This document shows positions 1-13,802 of a stretch of 39,692 nt of DNA, one piece after another; positions within the stretch are counted from its first letter, which is position 1; every line of letters begins with the position of its first letter. The notes under the pieces are model-generated. The model searched no databases. It was not told the DNA's origin and saw only the letters and a program-made list of their open reading frames with translations. The DNA lies in contig NW_024705495.1 of NCBI RefSeq assembly GCF_018977255.1, positions 1-39,692 of the forward strand. Direction: 5' to 3'. The position numbers were made by a program, and so were the translations under genes. Origin of the DNA: Callorhinchus milii (taxonomy: Eukaryota).

Positions 1-3000
1 TACAACACGACGTGTGCCATGACATCAGCATACAGATGCAAAATTATCCCGAAGTAGCCCCATGATCGAGGAATCGTCAGCGGGACGTTCTGAGAATATA
101 GTTTACGTAAATGGTTGCCCCGTTGCCAGTAAGTAGTTACTTTAATCATGGCCTGTGGTGGTAATCTAGAAGAATGACAAGTTCGGCAGGACCTGATGGC
201 TTGTGGAGCTCTAATAGGCCTAGACGTATCACCTATGGAAGTGAAGACACAAGGGAGAGTGAAGTCGGTGACATAAAGCGTTAACCAACAGAACGGCGGC
301 GGGTAGGCCATTTTGGACGATAACTTTGGTGTTATGTGTGCAAAGGTAGAGTGCCTCTCCAGGCAACTTTACCTAACCGATGTTTAGAATTCTCCTCCCC
401 CGGGGCTGAGTCTTAAATTTGAACCCACCGTATGCGCCGCTGATGGCACAAGGCGGCCGTTTTTAATGGTAATGATCCTTGGTTTTTCTCTTCAATCACA
501 CTAAAAGTGGCAATATCGCCAGTAAATATAGCATTTACAAAGACTGGACCGGCTCGGACGAAAGGCTGCCGAGGATCATTGGCCAGAACGATTACTACGG
601 GCTCTGGGCCCTCGTTTACTTACTTCACGCTAGCCTACAGCGCTGAGTGTGTATAGGTGAACTATCGGCCTTCGCAATGATCCGCATTTGATGGCTATTT
701 CGTAACGTTTACTGTTGTGCGAAACTTTAAACGCCGTGGTGCAGGCGCTTGAATGTTCAATTACTTGCTTTCGCTCGACAGTGAAACTAATCACCGAGTG
801 ACCATCTAAAAGATTGGTGTGAACCCTCCGAGATCTAAGCATGGGTTCGTACGTCCACTGAGAGAATGCGCCGCGAGGCGACAGTTGACACCGGCCATGA
901 GTCTAACAATCGTAGTGGACTCCTCTAACCGCATCAGTCCACTTAGGGGTGAATAGTCCCACCTCCAGCTGAAAAATATCATACGTGCCGAAACTAAGGA
1001 GTTTCCCATAGATAAAGGGTATTGCTGCCATGTCAGTTCCCGCGGAGCGCTTGGGGAGATGTAGTTCGCATCTACTTACAACTCAGAAGGGCCGCGATTC
1101 GCCTACCAATTTGAGTACGCCACTGAATTTATTGGCGTAGGAATTTCTCTGCGCACGCTAAAGTGAGCCTGTACAAACTATACTTCGGGTAGGTTACGAC
1201 GGGAAATTAAGTTAGATCCGGGAGATAGTTCTGACGAGAACCCTGTATCTTGATTGTGATGCGGGTCCGATCCCCGATTACACTCGCAGGGTGGAAGGAC
1301 ACATTGTATAATAGTGTAAAGTTATAAGTCGTCACATCATAGTCCGATCTCCGCGCCTTAGGCGCTCAGTGGTTTTCAGCATTGATTAGAGAGTAAGACG
1401 GGTCTTTCTATAGGTACCCGTAGAGTTTGTAAAATGACAATGGTCTCGTGTCGTTGCCACCTCATACTTCCTGGTGGCTTCGCTTATTGGACGCAGGTAA
1501 GTTGCTATAGTGCGATCTCGTAGACGCCTCGATCGCAGCGAAGTGGTCTATACCACACGGCCAATCCAGACTCATCGATCTGGGTATCCCGTAATCATTA
1601 GCCTCGAGCGCGCTCGCCGGTTATTAGCGGTGTTGAGCTGGTACGGATTCTGGGGGCCGACGTAATGGGTTCGTATACAGCTGCAATAGTCCTTTCTGTT
1701 TGCAGTCTCCACACCTGAGGTATTATTTCCTCACACCTTCCCACGTAAGTGCTAACGTAAATTGATCACCTTCGCATGCCGATGTTTCATAGGAGTCTAC
1801 TTGAGCTCCAGACTACTTACACTTGTAGTTGGTAGCGACGAATACCTACACGTTACGCTTTGTGGTCGCTGGCTACGTTAACGTGTCAATGCGCGACGGG
1901 CACGAGAATTGTCTAGCAGTGCAGGTAGCTTGTTATCTCAAGTGCAAGGAGATCTATAGGAGCACTGCAACCTTCTACTCTGTCGTGCCGCCGGATAGTC
2001 AATATCCTACGAGTTTCATAAGTGTCTTTAGGGACAAAGTGGAGATTCATTACTCCCTCTAGTCCAGACCTCCTGATGCATCGGTGGTCGTGCAAAGTTC
2101 TTGCAGGTGATTTGCTGCACCATACGCTCAGGGCATATGCTTGATGAACTACTCTAAGTGTCGGCACTTGCAAGGGTGATTATGGCACTCTCTATGTGGG
2201 AAGGACGGATCTGCGCAGCCCTCTTTGCTATAGTGTCCATACGATTTGGTAACGCCTTTTTCTATGAGAGCTAACTGGGCCCCATAACTGCAGGTTCTAC
2301 ATACTAGTTTAGAGTTGGACCAGATTACCTACACTTTCGTAAGCACTATGTCTAGCAGTCTGCTTAGGGGCACATTACAATATAAACGATGCGTTTTATG
2401 ACACACTATAAAGTACCCTACAGCGAGCATCATGCTCATGTGTATTTTAGCGACCAATACTTGTAATCAACGAAAATCTGGGAGAGGTACTGCCAGCGAC
2501 CATTCCCCCCACCGGGACACTTAGGGTGTGCTGTACACAAGCATGGGCTACGTTACTGAAAGTCCCGTGTGATGGAAATCGAGGCAACATTATAATGGGA
2601 CAGTATCAGCTGACTTAATTTAGTGGCCGCCGTCGATTATGGTATTAAAGACAGTTAAGTCTAACTGTCAACCGACTAAGGCAAACTACAAAGTAAAGAT
2701 GAACTCGTTCAGTCTTACGTTCCTCACCAAGGAGCTCTACGGTCTCCCGTAGTATAAGGCTCGCATAAGTTGTTTACTAACGCCTGGTCAGAGGGTAATA
2801 TTAAGCGCTCTTCGAATAGTATGGAGACTAAATCGGGGTAGCTGGACCATGTAGAAAAATGTACCAAAGTTCGCCCTGCCCGCCGTGGTGCTCAACCGTA
2901 TAGCAATGGTGGATAGCCGGCGGTACATCGCTCCTCGCAGTCGTCATCTTTAGATACCCCGCGATCTACGGTGCTTCGATAGGATGCGGACTAATCTAGC

Positions 3001-6000
3001 GAGTACGCAGTCGTAGATGCGCCCGAAATGACTGGCGCTTGGCCTATACCCCATATCGCGTATTGGAAATCTTCGGATTGAAGCTGTACCATGGTGATAT
3101 CTATGGTCCGGTACAGCATAGCCATCGGTGCAGTCCGGGTCGGTGGACATATCGTTCCCCCTAGACATGCTTAATTGTAACAGAGTCTGGGGCAGATCTC
3201 GTGGTGTCCCCCGTGTGCACAGTCATATAATGTAACATGTGGAGATATCACGAGTTTTAGTCCCAAGGTTCGTCAGTACTACCCCTGGATCCGGTATGTG
3301 CATATCCTGCAGCGTAACCCCTTTATTCTGGTATCTCCCCCATCCTGGGTTCACCTAGTATTCTCCCTATAAAGTGACAGGGGCCTGGACCTGCAGGGTT
3401 CTCGCAGTACTAGGGCACGGCCCGGACTTTGACAACCCGATCGTAAGAGCTGGAGCACTACTATTAAGGTGTGCTCTTTTAATGCCAATTTCTAGGAGGA
3501 TCGGGGTTATTGATTAGCGGTTAGGACTGCATAATAGTTCGAATAAAGCCCTCCACTTATTGCTGGGGGATTGCGTCGCGGTTCGTGCACGGGGCAAATT
3601 GGACGGTCGTCGTCGGATTCACAACTTTTAATTCAGTGAGTTAGTACGAACACGCAATGTTCTAGCCTCACTTAATCACCAGTAAAGATCCGGTACGCCG
3701 GCTATCTAATAGTTGGTACCGTATTAGGGGCTTCGGCGCACCTCACGAATACGTGGTTTAGTTTCTGTATATCCGCACCGTCGGCGCACTGACTTCAGAA
3801 ACCGTACCCGTGCCTACATTCCCTATAGGTGATAAACCGCATAGGATCGATAGGACTGAGCACAGGACTGACGTTGCAATGAATCCGCTGCGTCCTTAGC
3901 CTTTTCCCGGGTAAGATCTTGGGCTACCCTGGCCGTTTAGTTCGCTGGGCGTAACAAGATTCCTGCCCACTATGACTTCTCGTCGTAAAATGTGGGAAGA
4001 GAAACACCCTCTCAGGCAATGGCGTTTTACGCAGTGGCCTAATACTGTAATCCTCCAAAGTGGCGCTGGTTAGAAGGTGTTCCTCAGTGTACTGATTTCC
4101 AATGGCTTAACTCATGCCTACGGCTCCAATAACCTCCCAACGACTACGGCTAAGCTTCAGAAGATCTAACAAATATTACGAGTGGCTAACAGGCCAGGAC
4201 ACGTTCGCAGGAAGGCATCTCGTCATGGGGGAGCCGGGGCACTACGATTACCCAGTAAAAGGTTTTATGTCCTGTAGACTTTCGAGGACCTAATGATAAA
4301 CGAATCCCTTAATGAATGGCTTGCTACCAATCATTCATTAGAACTAGAGGACCTCCATAGCAGCCGGGAACCCGATGGAAATTGTATGCGAATAGATACA
4401 CGGGGCTGCCTGAATAAGGATATTTAGACTCTATCATTCGTCTCAGCGGTTACCTACGATTCTCACGCACATTCCGGAGTTAACCGAGCGGCCGGTGATG
4501 ATTGTGCTCCCTTAGCCTGTGACTTCATACCACTATCGGTGTCTGTTAGGTCCGGCTGCAATCCCCTCGACCACAAACTTGCGGGGGGTCCGCGATAAAG
4601 GATTGCCCAAAGTATTCTTTCATCATTATTACGCTGGTTCACATGACGACGCTCTTCTCTCAGCTTGACCAGTGTGCTTTTTTAAGCGTAGGATTTCAGC
4701 CCCCCTGGCAAAAGATACCAGCATAGACGTATAGCTGAGCAGCCCCGAACGTGTAATCCGCCCTGGCGTACAAGTGTTACGTTATTTATGCCGGACTAAA
4801 AAAATCTCCAACAGATTCCCCCTTACCGGCCAAGATATCTAAAAATTTTCCATTCAGATTTTGACTAATGTCTACAGACAGCGGACTGAGAGATCATTTA
4901 CCTCAACTCCGGTGTGATATGTCGCTTATGCTAGTAGAATCTCGACGCACGGTACGTCATCAGGGTTGCTGTTGTATGAATATTGAGTAACAAATCTAAT
5001 CCTCGACTGAGGCAGTGCGAACAGCAATAGCGAGTGCGTTTGCGCTATTCTCTCACTCATTCGGCCAGCACATACCCTGCCCGGTGAATAGCACGTAATA
5101 ATAAGTACTGGTCGCCGTAGGACAACGACACCATCGTTATCATCCTACTAGGATTGAGGATAAACTCCTTTACCCCGCTAACGAGTGACAACGGGGTTTG
5201 CAGAACGAATAAGTGGATTCTGCAAGGATGGTAAAAAGAGTCTGAGTGTTGGAAGCTAGAGAAAACGTGATTCCATCCGGCCTCTGTAGTAGGGGTACCG
5301 CCCGGGACTTCTGTCAGGAATTGACACATCATTCGCCATAGGATTTCGCTCCGGGATCTCCATTCTCGCTAATATCCCATCGCTCACTGACTACTAGAAG
5401 GATGGTGAGGCCCCCGCGCATACTCACACCAATAATTGGATAAAGTGCATGAATCATCCACCTGCCAACCTTTGACGTCCTGACGCCACTAGGTTCTGGC
5501 GACTGCATTCACGGATCATTAGTGGAGTCGGTGAACTTAGCCTGTCGCTCACCTCCTAAAAGTGGGAAACCTAATCTATCAGTACAGCCTGCGTAGCGTA
5601 GGTGTGTCGTGCAAAGGAATCTGTCTCTTTATCTACATTTTTAATGATGTTATTGACGGCAACCGAAAGCATTCGCAAGTATTAGTAGTTTCTGAGACGA
5701 GTATTGCCCTGGCAGCGGTTGGGTGGCCACAGATATGTCGAAAGTTGGATTTGCCTACACTATGAAGCGTTAATACAACAGATACCACCACTAACTACAG
5801 CTTGGGTTCACTATACTGGAGCGTGGGGGTGTTACTGCGAAATTTCAAAATAGGATAATCTGCTTTCGACTTAGTAGAGCCCTGGTTGATCGGAAACTCA
5901 CTCCTCGGACGGCTCAGAATCGCGACCTAATCGTACGATCCCAGTTTTGGTACCACGTCACCGCATCACCCGCTCATGGACTGAGTCAAAATACTCACTT

Positions 6001-9000
6001 ACCGACATTAACAATTGACAGGATTCACGCGTGAGCTAGTTAAACACCTCGTTATGATAGTGTGGGTACTGCTGCTAGATGAGGGAAGTGACAGCGTACG
6101 GAAAAATGGAAGCACGCGGCTCTATACCGCTTTAATAAGTCACTTGTTACGTAGTGTCCCGTACTCGAGATCTGTGTTCCCCCATCAGGTACGGGGTGAC
6201 GAAGTGCTGTGTTGGTTTGATTCCCTCGGTCGCATTTTACATCTAATGGCGTGATCTAGTAAACTTACGGTGCCTCGAAGGTCCATGAATTTCCTTCCGG
6301 CGGGGAGGGGTCTGTGGGTGTACGCATCAACAGACAGGGCAACTCTATCATCTTTATGGAAGGGTAGCGCACTGGATTGTTTGGCCTTGCTCTGGCACAT
6401 GAGGTAATTATACCTACGTTAACCACGCCCTCCGTACAGCGATTCCACCACCAATTCGCCACGTGGGGTAGGCCGGTTCCTGGAAGGACGGAGAGGGAGC
6501 CGCATTTTCTAATTGGCGTTGATACTCTTGGCATCCTACGAGCAGCGCTGGTAGAACGCAGGTGACTCTAGGCAGGGCGTTTGGGGACTGGTTGCTACAT
6601 CCGCGGCGTGTATCCGCTCAAATCTTAGAGAGTTCTCTGTGTTATAAGTAATACTATATATTCAATCTGAGCTAGAACCATGCCCGGCCCGGCACTACCA
6701 CAGAAATGGAGGGAGCACTTGGGCTCCGCAACTGCCTAACCGTACAACGACCATATGGAATGCAAAGAACAATATACAACAGTCTCATTGGCAGAATCGC
6801 CCTCTGATGGCACTCGAATTGGAGCGCCATCTAAGTAAGTTCCACAAGCTGACAAGGGACATCAGCGACCGCAACGCAAAATAGTGAACTCATGGTATAC
6901 GTACTTCACCGAAGTATGAAAGGTTAGATGCACCTAGTTCCGGTCTCGATCCCCACCTCCCGTGACATTGGCTCGTCTAGTTCCCGATCTGGCAGGAGGA
7001 ATTTGCCCACCCTGACATTCAATAGCTACGTGGTTAAGTGCGTTATTTTGACCGGCGATCTTCTCCTTTGATAGGGTAGTTCGGGAACGTGTCGCGGAGG
7101 AAACGTGTAGTGGTGGAGTATAGAGAGGACAGAATTGTGCGGGCTTATGTAGAGCTAATCGTTCCTACCATCCTGGAGGACCTCTAGAAAGCCTCACCCA
7201 CAGCGGTGCCTCGGGAACAGATGGGAACGTATCTGAAGCGGTGCACTATCCGACTCGAGGAGGAGGATACCCTGCTCTTTACACTAATCGCTGTAAACCT
7301 TCAGTGGCAATCTCCCGACGCTCTTTACTGAGCGACCAAGCAGAAAATTGGAGCCCTCGATTACAGCCGTATGAAGGAAAACACTAGTGAAGATCCTTTA
7401 TTGGCGATCTTGTCCACCGGGATGAAGTCTAATCATACTGTTTGTTAAAGCAAGCCCATTAGACATGGGTCTCCAGATGTCTCATATGTCCAGTTAGGCC
7501 GTCGCGCCGTGAATGGCGCGGGCCATCCACAAACACTATGAATCGACATACATCGTCTTATCTGCAGTAACAGGCAATCGCTAGACCGTGTGTTGCTCAG
7601 TTCGTGTCAAGCAGCGGGGCGACCGAAACTGATGAACTACTAACGTTCTCTGGAGGTGCCATCGCGAACTTATTGCACTGCATCAATGATTAGGTAGTCG
7701 AGGGCATGCGGGGGACGGAGCACGTAAACGTGTGCGTGAAAACCTGGGGCCGTTAGCGGAGTGAAGCAAGTCAGCAGAAGTTGTTTGACGCACTGAAGCG
7801 TTCGAGGTGGGAGGAGCCTCTTGCACTATGCAAGCATGGCATGTAATGTCCACGCTGTCCTGATCCGTTCATGAAGTGGCCGAACGAAGGTAGATGAACT
7901 CTCCGCTGATGCTACTCTGCGGCGTAATCTAACGGAGCGGTCAGATAGTTTTATTCCACCCCTCGATTTACGACCCACCCAGGGTCTCGATAACTAGCAT
8001 GCGTTATAGCCGGTGTCACGTAAATATACGCTCGTCGACTAAGATCCTTCAACTTTGGCTAAAGAAGGACTAGATCTTTTAGGAGGCCCATATACTACGC
8101 CCAAGTGCGCTCTAAGGATTGATCTCATCTTTGAATACACATGACTATGGACAGGCGGCTTCAAATCGTGCCGTGAGTAAATAACACACTCATGACGCCA
8201 GCTATGAAAACTCTCAGGGCTCCCCCTACCTGGAGGGGGATAGTCAAACTAGATGAGGCTCAAACTCGGGTAATTCGACCGCCCGAGCACCTCCATTGTT
8301 GTCTTTATATTCACTCAATTGTACTGCATATGTGATAAAGCGCTAGCCACGAAAGTTCACGCGCGCCGACCACCTGTACCTCGCTCGCGCGTATATTAGG
8401 TCTGGAGTCATCTTTGATTACGAAGTGCGCCGAGGGGCGTTGCGCTGGGCCATGCCAATTCCGTATGTGTTCATCGGGCAATCCAAGGGGTTTATCCGAC
8501 TTACTGGGTTGATCTTATGGCCGCGCTTGTAGATCATGAGGTGGTTCAATATCGTATTTCTGTTATCCGACGACCCGGGCAATAAGTAACCATGGGCTGC
8601 GCCGAAGCCGCAGTGAGCATAAGAGTGTGCATCACTACGATGATTAAAAAGACTACCTTTTACTCGAGTGGCACGACGCTGAGCGGTGCATTTATTTCGA
8701 CGCCTCAAATTTTGCGGATCCAACGCTACATCCATACAGTCCCTACTATCCCGGACTTCCTCTGCAAGCCTAAGTCGTAGATCGCGGCTAGGATTGCCGA
8801 CTGATAGGGTAAATTTGTACGATATAGCGGCTGCGGCGACGAGTATAACTGTTAAGCTATAACAGAAAGATTTACCAAATATAAAACGGTTCAGCGGTAT
8901 GCAATAGTTCTCTGTGCACCCTACGTCACTGCCCGTTTTCTCTGGGCACGAAATTCACATTCCGCAGCATCCGAGGCATGCGATATACAGTAGCCCCGCC

Positions 9001-11350
9001 ACCCATGTCCGGTCTTGCCGAACCCTTTGACGGATCCTGATAGCTTTCAGGTGGTCCGAGTATACCACATCGTGATTGCTTAGGTGCGACAGGGCGACCT
9101 TTTGGGCTACCTTATGTCTTTCAAGGTATCGAAAGAAGACTCGAAGAGTAGTACATTCGGCAGAATCCGTACTAACGCTTTATCTAGAGTATCGGTATAC
9201 GGTTTATTATCATTGATTTCACTGGATATTGTGCGAGTGAATCGCGGATATTGGGTACACAATACGCAACGGGATCTCGTTTAATCATTATCACGTAGCG
9301 TGTTAAAAGTGGAGTATAATTATAATCTTCTCCTACGCAAGGTTGACGCGGTAAGGTATCGGATGCGAATCTTTTAAGCCTGCGGAGGATTACCTTATTC
9401 ACCAAGCATCCTACTTAATATCACTCGCTAAACACGCATAGTAATATACCTTAATTGGCCGCCCCATGAGGGCCCTTCCCAGGTACCACTGCCCCTCGAA
9501 GCCGTACATGGTGACAACTGTCTTGTCGTTAAGCGGGTAGAAAGCTCGCAAAAACTCTAATTGTCCATTCGCAGATCGAATGATCAAGTTTAAGAAAGCC
9601 TTGGAATAATCTTCCCCTATGCGCAGCGGTTTGTCGGTAAGGGCGGTCGCAACAAGCGGACCAGTGAATGGACTTACTTGGCATGATCATGGAAGACTTC
9701 CGACAAATATGCTCGTCTAGAGCGCGGGAGCGAACGAAGTGTCAGTTGCTTGTATCGATACTCCTCATCGCCCCCAGTGCGAATTACCTTAGGAGACAGA
9801 TAGGACGCCGTAATGCCGAGGGTTACTGCGATGATACGTTCGCGATCGGGTACTGTAATTAGCACTAACAATATTCGCCGATCCATCATTAATGGGTCTA
9901 TCGATCGCGAATAGTCGACGAGCGCCTCCTGCCTGCAGGTCCTTGTGGCAGCTTGGAGCGTCGATTGGAGGTGTCTTTGACAAGTCGGTCGTTAAAATTC
10001 GGGTGGAGGATGGGGGACGCCATGACGACCGCGAATTTAATCGTCTCGAACGACTATGCCGTGACTCTATGACCCCACCTCTACTCAAGTGAAACACTAT
10101 CTTTATCCACGTGGAGTCGCCAGACATAACAGCATGCTGAGTTATGGTTATAACTCCACAATGGGGGCTGTTTTAATTTTCAAAGTAGTGGTTTTCGCAT
10201 GCTCTCCTGTTGAGATACTATGCAGAGCAAGTTAAACGCAATCACCTCCCTCTCCTACGAATCTCGATCCTTGGTAAGGCATGAACGGTGTGCACGCTCA
10301 ACCATTTGGTTACTGTTCTGTTCTTTGTCCGATCGACGCACATTAGTTGGAACTGGGGTTAATACCCAAGGTAGTAACGTAACGCATTAAAGCACTGCCT
10401 CCCGCGCTATAGTAGGCATCAACGTCAGGAAGGGCGACGCCTAGCAGCCTTGACGCGTTTTTCGTAGTCACTATCTGATGGGGTAAATAAGTTCATCCGC
10501 CCCTCCCTGCGAATACGGATCTTGGTGAATTAAATATATGCCCCACCATGGCGGAGGGTAGTAAGCTAGCTCATAGCTTTTATCCACCACACAAATAAAG
10601 TCAGCCCGACGCGGAGTTACTAGTACTAGCAACAGAATTCAGGTGTGTGGGAAAAATTCTCTGCTGCCGGAATACGAACGACCGTGTAGGTGATTGAGGA
10701 TATTCAAGACCCTGCTAAGCCTACTGGACATGTATCATTGTAGCCCGGCTACAGCAAGACGACGAGGTTTGTACAATACACGAGGGTTGCGTCCCCCTAG
10801 GTGACTTCAGGATCGATCCTGGCATAGACGTGATGCCAATGCGTCCGCCCAGGGTGCAGAGAGTGAACGGGCTCAACAGGTCGATCCATATGTTGTTGAT
10901 AGTGTTTACGCCGTCACTTGTGTATGGTGACCTACGGAGATATTGAAGATCACCTCTTTGTTACATGTGGAGAACTCCTGGTACAATAAATCCCTTCTGG
11001 TGGCGGAGAATGTGCTGGTTCTACCGGTTTAACCACCTGGCAGGCCAATCGCCGGTCCAAACGGCTTGTGCTCATAGTACCCCGAAGGGTTCTGGAAGCA
11101 AAAGGCGAACGACTTGGTAACGAACGAAGTGTAGACCCATTCCTCGCTATTCATCCCCGGCAGAGCAATGTGCAACAGCTGCGTGGGTCCCTGGAAGACT
11201 GCAGTCGTTGGGGCGGGGATTGCTCTCAGTTCGTAGGAACAATAGTAGCGAACACCCTAGGACATTGTCTTTCTGGAGGAGGAGCCAGCCTTAGCAAACC
11301 TTCATGCGGTCTATGTTAAGCGATATCAGGAGAAATCACTCTTGGCTGGT
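1..11350. other. Featureless, random-like sequence (possibly synthetic or shuffled, non-genomic)
   Basis: Roughly even base use, abundant CpG and TpA, no microsatellites or long homopolymers, and none of the dispersed repeats that saturate 11351-39692. Only short ORFs (up to 112 aa) with no recognisable motif. MEN1 homology stops abruptly at 11351. Confidence 0.8.
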
Positions 11351-11430
11351 CTGGCACGCGGCTGACACGGCGAACGCGACGCCGAACGCATCGAGCTTCG
11401 CTCCCGAGAAGTTCACGGGCTTCTCAAAGC
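11351..11430 (-). CDS. MEN1: Menin, second coding exon, 5' part only (truncated at the junction with the random segment)
   Basis: Minus strand tgcag|GC TTT GAG ... reads (G)FEKPVNFSGAKLDAFGVAFAVSAACQ, matching human menin GTKLDSSGVAFAVVGACQ. Acceptor AG at 11432-11431. Missed by the ORF track. Confidence 0.9.
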
Positions 11431-11574
11431 CTGCACCGGCACATGGCAGCGGGGGGAAGTGAGGGGAGGTGGCGAATCATCAGTATAGGCATTCACTCAT
11501 TGCCGGATCATTGTTATGTATTATGCACAATGTCATCACCATCACCCACACAGCATCTTCATTCGTATAGCATT

Positions 11575-11897
11575 ATTAAAAGCGAGCTGGCCACAAACCA
11601 TAGCTCAATGAAGTGGCTTATCACGTGGAAATGTATAGCAGCCAAATACTCTTAAACGCATGTTTATTGTTTATAAATGTGGAGGGAAAAAACCAGATGA
11701 TCCGGAGAAAAATCTACGCCTTCACGGGGAGAACACGCAAGCTCCAACTATGCATGTTGAACTTAATGCGCACCGTGTGTAGCCAACCGTGCTAATCGGG
11801 GGTGCGAATATAGCATGGTCAGCTAAGGAGGTCAGAGTCGGGATCGAACTCACGACCTCCTGTATACCAGGCGAGGTAGGTAACATCTTCGCCACCA
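11575..11897 (-). mobile_element. tRNA-derived V-SINE-like element
   Basis: Minus-strand head TGGTGGCGAAGATG...GAGTTCGATCCC (Pol III box A/B), then the GGAGCTTGCGTGTTCTCCCCGTG...TTTTCTCCGG V-domain-like core. Homologous to copies at 27716, 30501 and 37031. Confidence 0.75.
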
Positions 11898-12691
11898 GAA
11901 CAACCAGCTTTTCACTCATCCTAATCTACGACTCTCCTGAAAGCAGGATCAGCTTCCTTAATGAACTTTCAGACTTTTTTTTCTCTCCAACGTGATCAAA
12001 CGGTTGGTGCTCACAGACGACTTCAATTGCCCAGGCCTGACCTCAAACTATTGACAGCTGTCTTCGAGGTAACTTTTGCTCATGCCATAATGTGGCAATT
12101 ACCACCGCTGACCCAATCCGAATATCACCATGAGCACCTCTTCATTTAATCTGATCTTGGCTGTTGACCCTCTCCGATCGGGTCGTTCCAAGTCAGCTAT
12201 TCTGACCGACCACCTGATCGTCACTTCTCCACAATCCCCCAGACCTCTCGTCATCAAAACTACCCACTACCTGCGCATTCTCAAAGGCATCGAATTTCCC
12301 ACTCTCATCTCAGGACAGCGTTGACCAAAACTGGCTGGACTCTCAGACCTCGAACCACCCCACGTATCATTGCATGACTCCTGCTGGCTATCCGCTAATT
12401 ACATCCACGCTGAGGGATTCAGGAGGCGATTGGAACGAACCTACTCCCACAGTGGGCTCACCACCGACTGGACCCGTTGCAAGATAGCCAACAAGCTGGG
12501 TCTTGATTCACACACCTCCTGTATCAAAACTCACATCCAAACTGCCTCGGGATGCCCTCGCGACCTCAGGAAAGTCCTCAAAGACCTCCTCCATCCCAGC
12601 AGCAGCCTGGTGCCTCAATCACAATGCTTCACAAGCATCGCTGAAGCTCACAGCCTCCTTCAGCACCGACTTCATCAACAAACTTGTCACC

Positions 12692-12893
12692 TTTAAATTT
12701 CGATTTAAAGCTTTCGTGACTGCAGGGATTCATCTTCTTGGTTCTTTCAGTAAAGTCACGTAGAAGGGAAATAATAAAATTAAAACATAATAAAATAATT
12801 CTCACGACGTTTCGGCCACAACGCAAGCAGCCGTCCTCAGGTGAAGAACAGGTCTGTCGGGAAGACAGCGTCTGAATGAAACACCCCAGGCTT
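12692..12893 (-). mobile_element. Penelope-like terminal-repeat insertion, subfamily A
   Basis: Near-identical reverse complement of 28040-28246. Flanked by direct repeat CTTGTCACC (12683-12691 and 12891-12899). Confidence 0.8.
12801..12846 (-). ncRNA. Minimal type I hammerhead ribozyme motif (sense to the MEN1 intron)
   Basis: Minus strand: tcac CTGAGGA c GGCTGC ttgcgtt GTGGCC GAAAC GTC gtga. Intact CUGANGA/GAAA/UH core with stems I and II. Confidence 0.75.
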
Positions 12894-13115
12894 GTCACCA
12901 TCATTGCCGAAACCATCAACGCATTCCTCAAACGTCACCCAAACCCATTTTGTGGTTTGGGTGACGTTGGCTACGCACACCCCAGCCCCCATACCGCTGA
13001 CTCTACCTCCCTCGCGAGCCTTAGCCACTTCACGTGAAGTGTACCTAGCCTGGCGTGAGCGCCGCTGCGACGTCACCGGCACTCTGTGGCTAAACAGCAG
13101 CTGCCTTCGTCCTAC

Positions 13116-13577
13116 CGTGAGGTAGCTGTAGAGCGAGTGGATGTGCGCACGGTCCTTGTTGTAGGAGCGGTGCAGCGTGCCCCACACCACGTCCGACACC
13201 TTGTTCACGAGCTCGCGGCCCGTGCCGCCACCCGCGCCACGCCGGAACTGCGTCAGGTCGACGGTGCCGAGCACGTGGCTCACGAAGCGGCACCGCAGCG
13301 CCTCCACGGGCTGCCAGGGAACGGGCGGGAATGAGCACGCCGCCTCTTCCTCCCCCCTCTCCTCCTCGACCGCCTCTCCCGGCGGTGGGGCGGCGGCTGT
13401 TGCTGTTGCGGCGGCAGTGGCACGGGCCGCGACAGCCACCGTGAGCTGGTGTTCGACGTAGCCCAGCACGATGGAGAGGAGCGCGAGGTCGGGCTCGTCC
13501 GAGCCGAGCTCGAGCGCGAAGAGGCGCACGACGCTGTCCACGCTGAGCAGTGGGAACAGCCTCCTAGCCTCCTTCAT
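13116..13577 (-). CDS. MEN1: Menin, first coding exon
   Basis: MKEARRLFPLLSVDSVVRLFALELGSDEPDLALLSIVLGYVEH...RELVNKVSDVVWGTLHRSYNKDRAHIHSLYSYLT matches human menin residues ~1-148. Donor GTAGG at 13115; candidate acceptor CAG just upstream of 13627. Confidence 0.95.
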
Positions 13578-13629
13578 GCCATCGCGGCGCAGGCAGACGG
13601 CGCCGCAAGGCACCACACGGAGCAAACCT

Positions 13630-13802
13630 GCACCGCACAGATCCACAGCGTACCACACAGCACTACAATGCACTACACCACGCCAATCCCTGCACCACAC
13701 CACCACCACCAAACACACAAAATCACACAGAACCACACCACCCCCATACCACACCGCTCCACACTGCATACCACCCGGCACCACACCGAACCACATTACA
13801 CC
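13630..13802. repeat. Degenerate (CACCA)n pentamer microsatellite
   Basis: Runs such as caccacaccaccaccacc and cacaccgctccacactgcataccacccggcaccacacc. Confidence 0.75.

Larger units (their letters stand above)
11900..12935 (+). mobile_element. Degenerate L2/CR1-type LINE ORF2 fragment (APE endonuclease and linker), interrupted by a PLE insertion
   Basis: Frame-broken motifs LILIYDSP...FLNELSDF, DFN, ILTDHLIV (SDH-like), WLSA...RRRLERTY...DW and FINKLV are typical of L2/CR1 ORF2. Confidence 0.6.

Noticed and set aside
630..11319. Short ORFs in the first 11 kb
   Set aside because: All are 112 aa or shorter with no motifs or codon bias; this is what random sequence gives.
12629..12931. Recurrent RDFTERTKKMNPCSHESFKS peptide as a multicopy gene family
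   Set aside because: It is a translation of the PLE terminal repeat in varying contexts, not a host gene.
12837..13796. 319-aa ORF taken as one protein
   Set aside because: Only 13116-13577 is menin. The N-terminal part is microsatellite translation and the C-terminal part is intron read-through.
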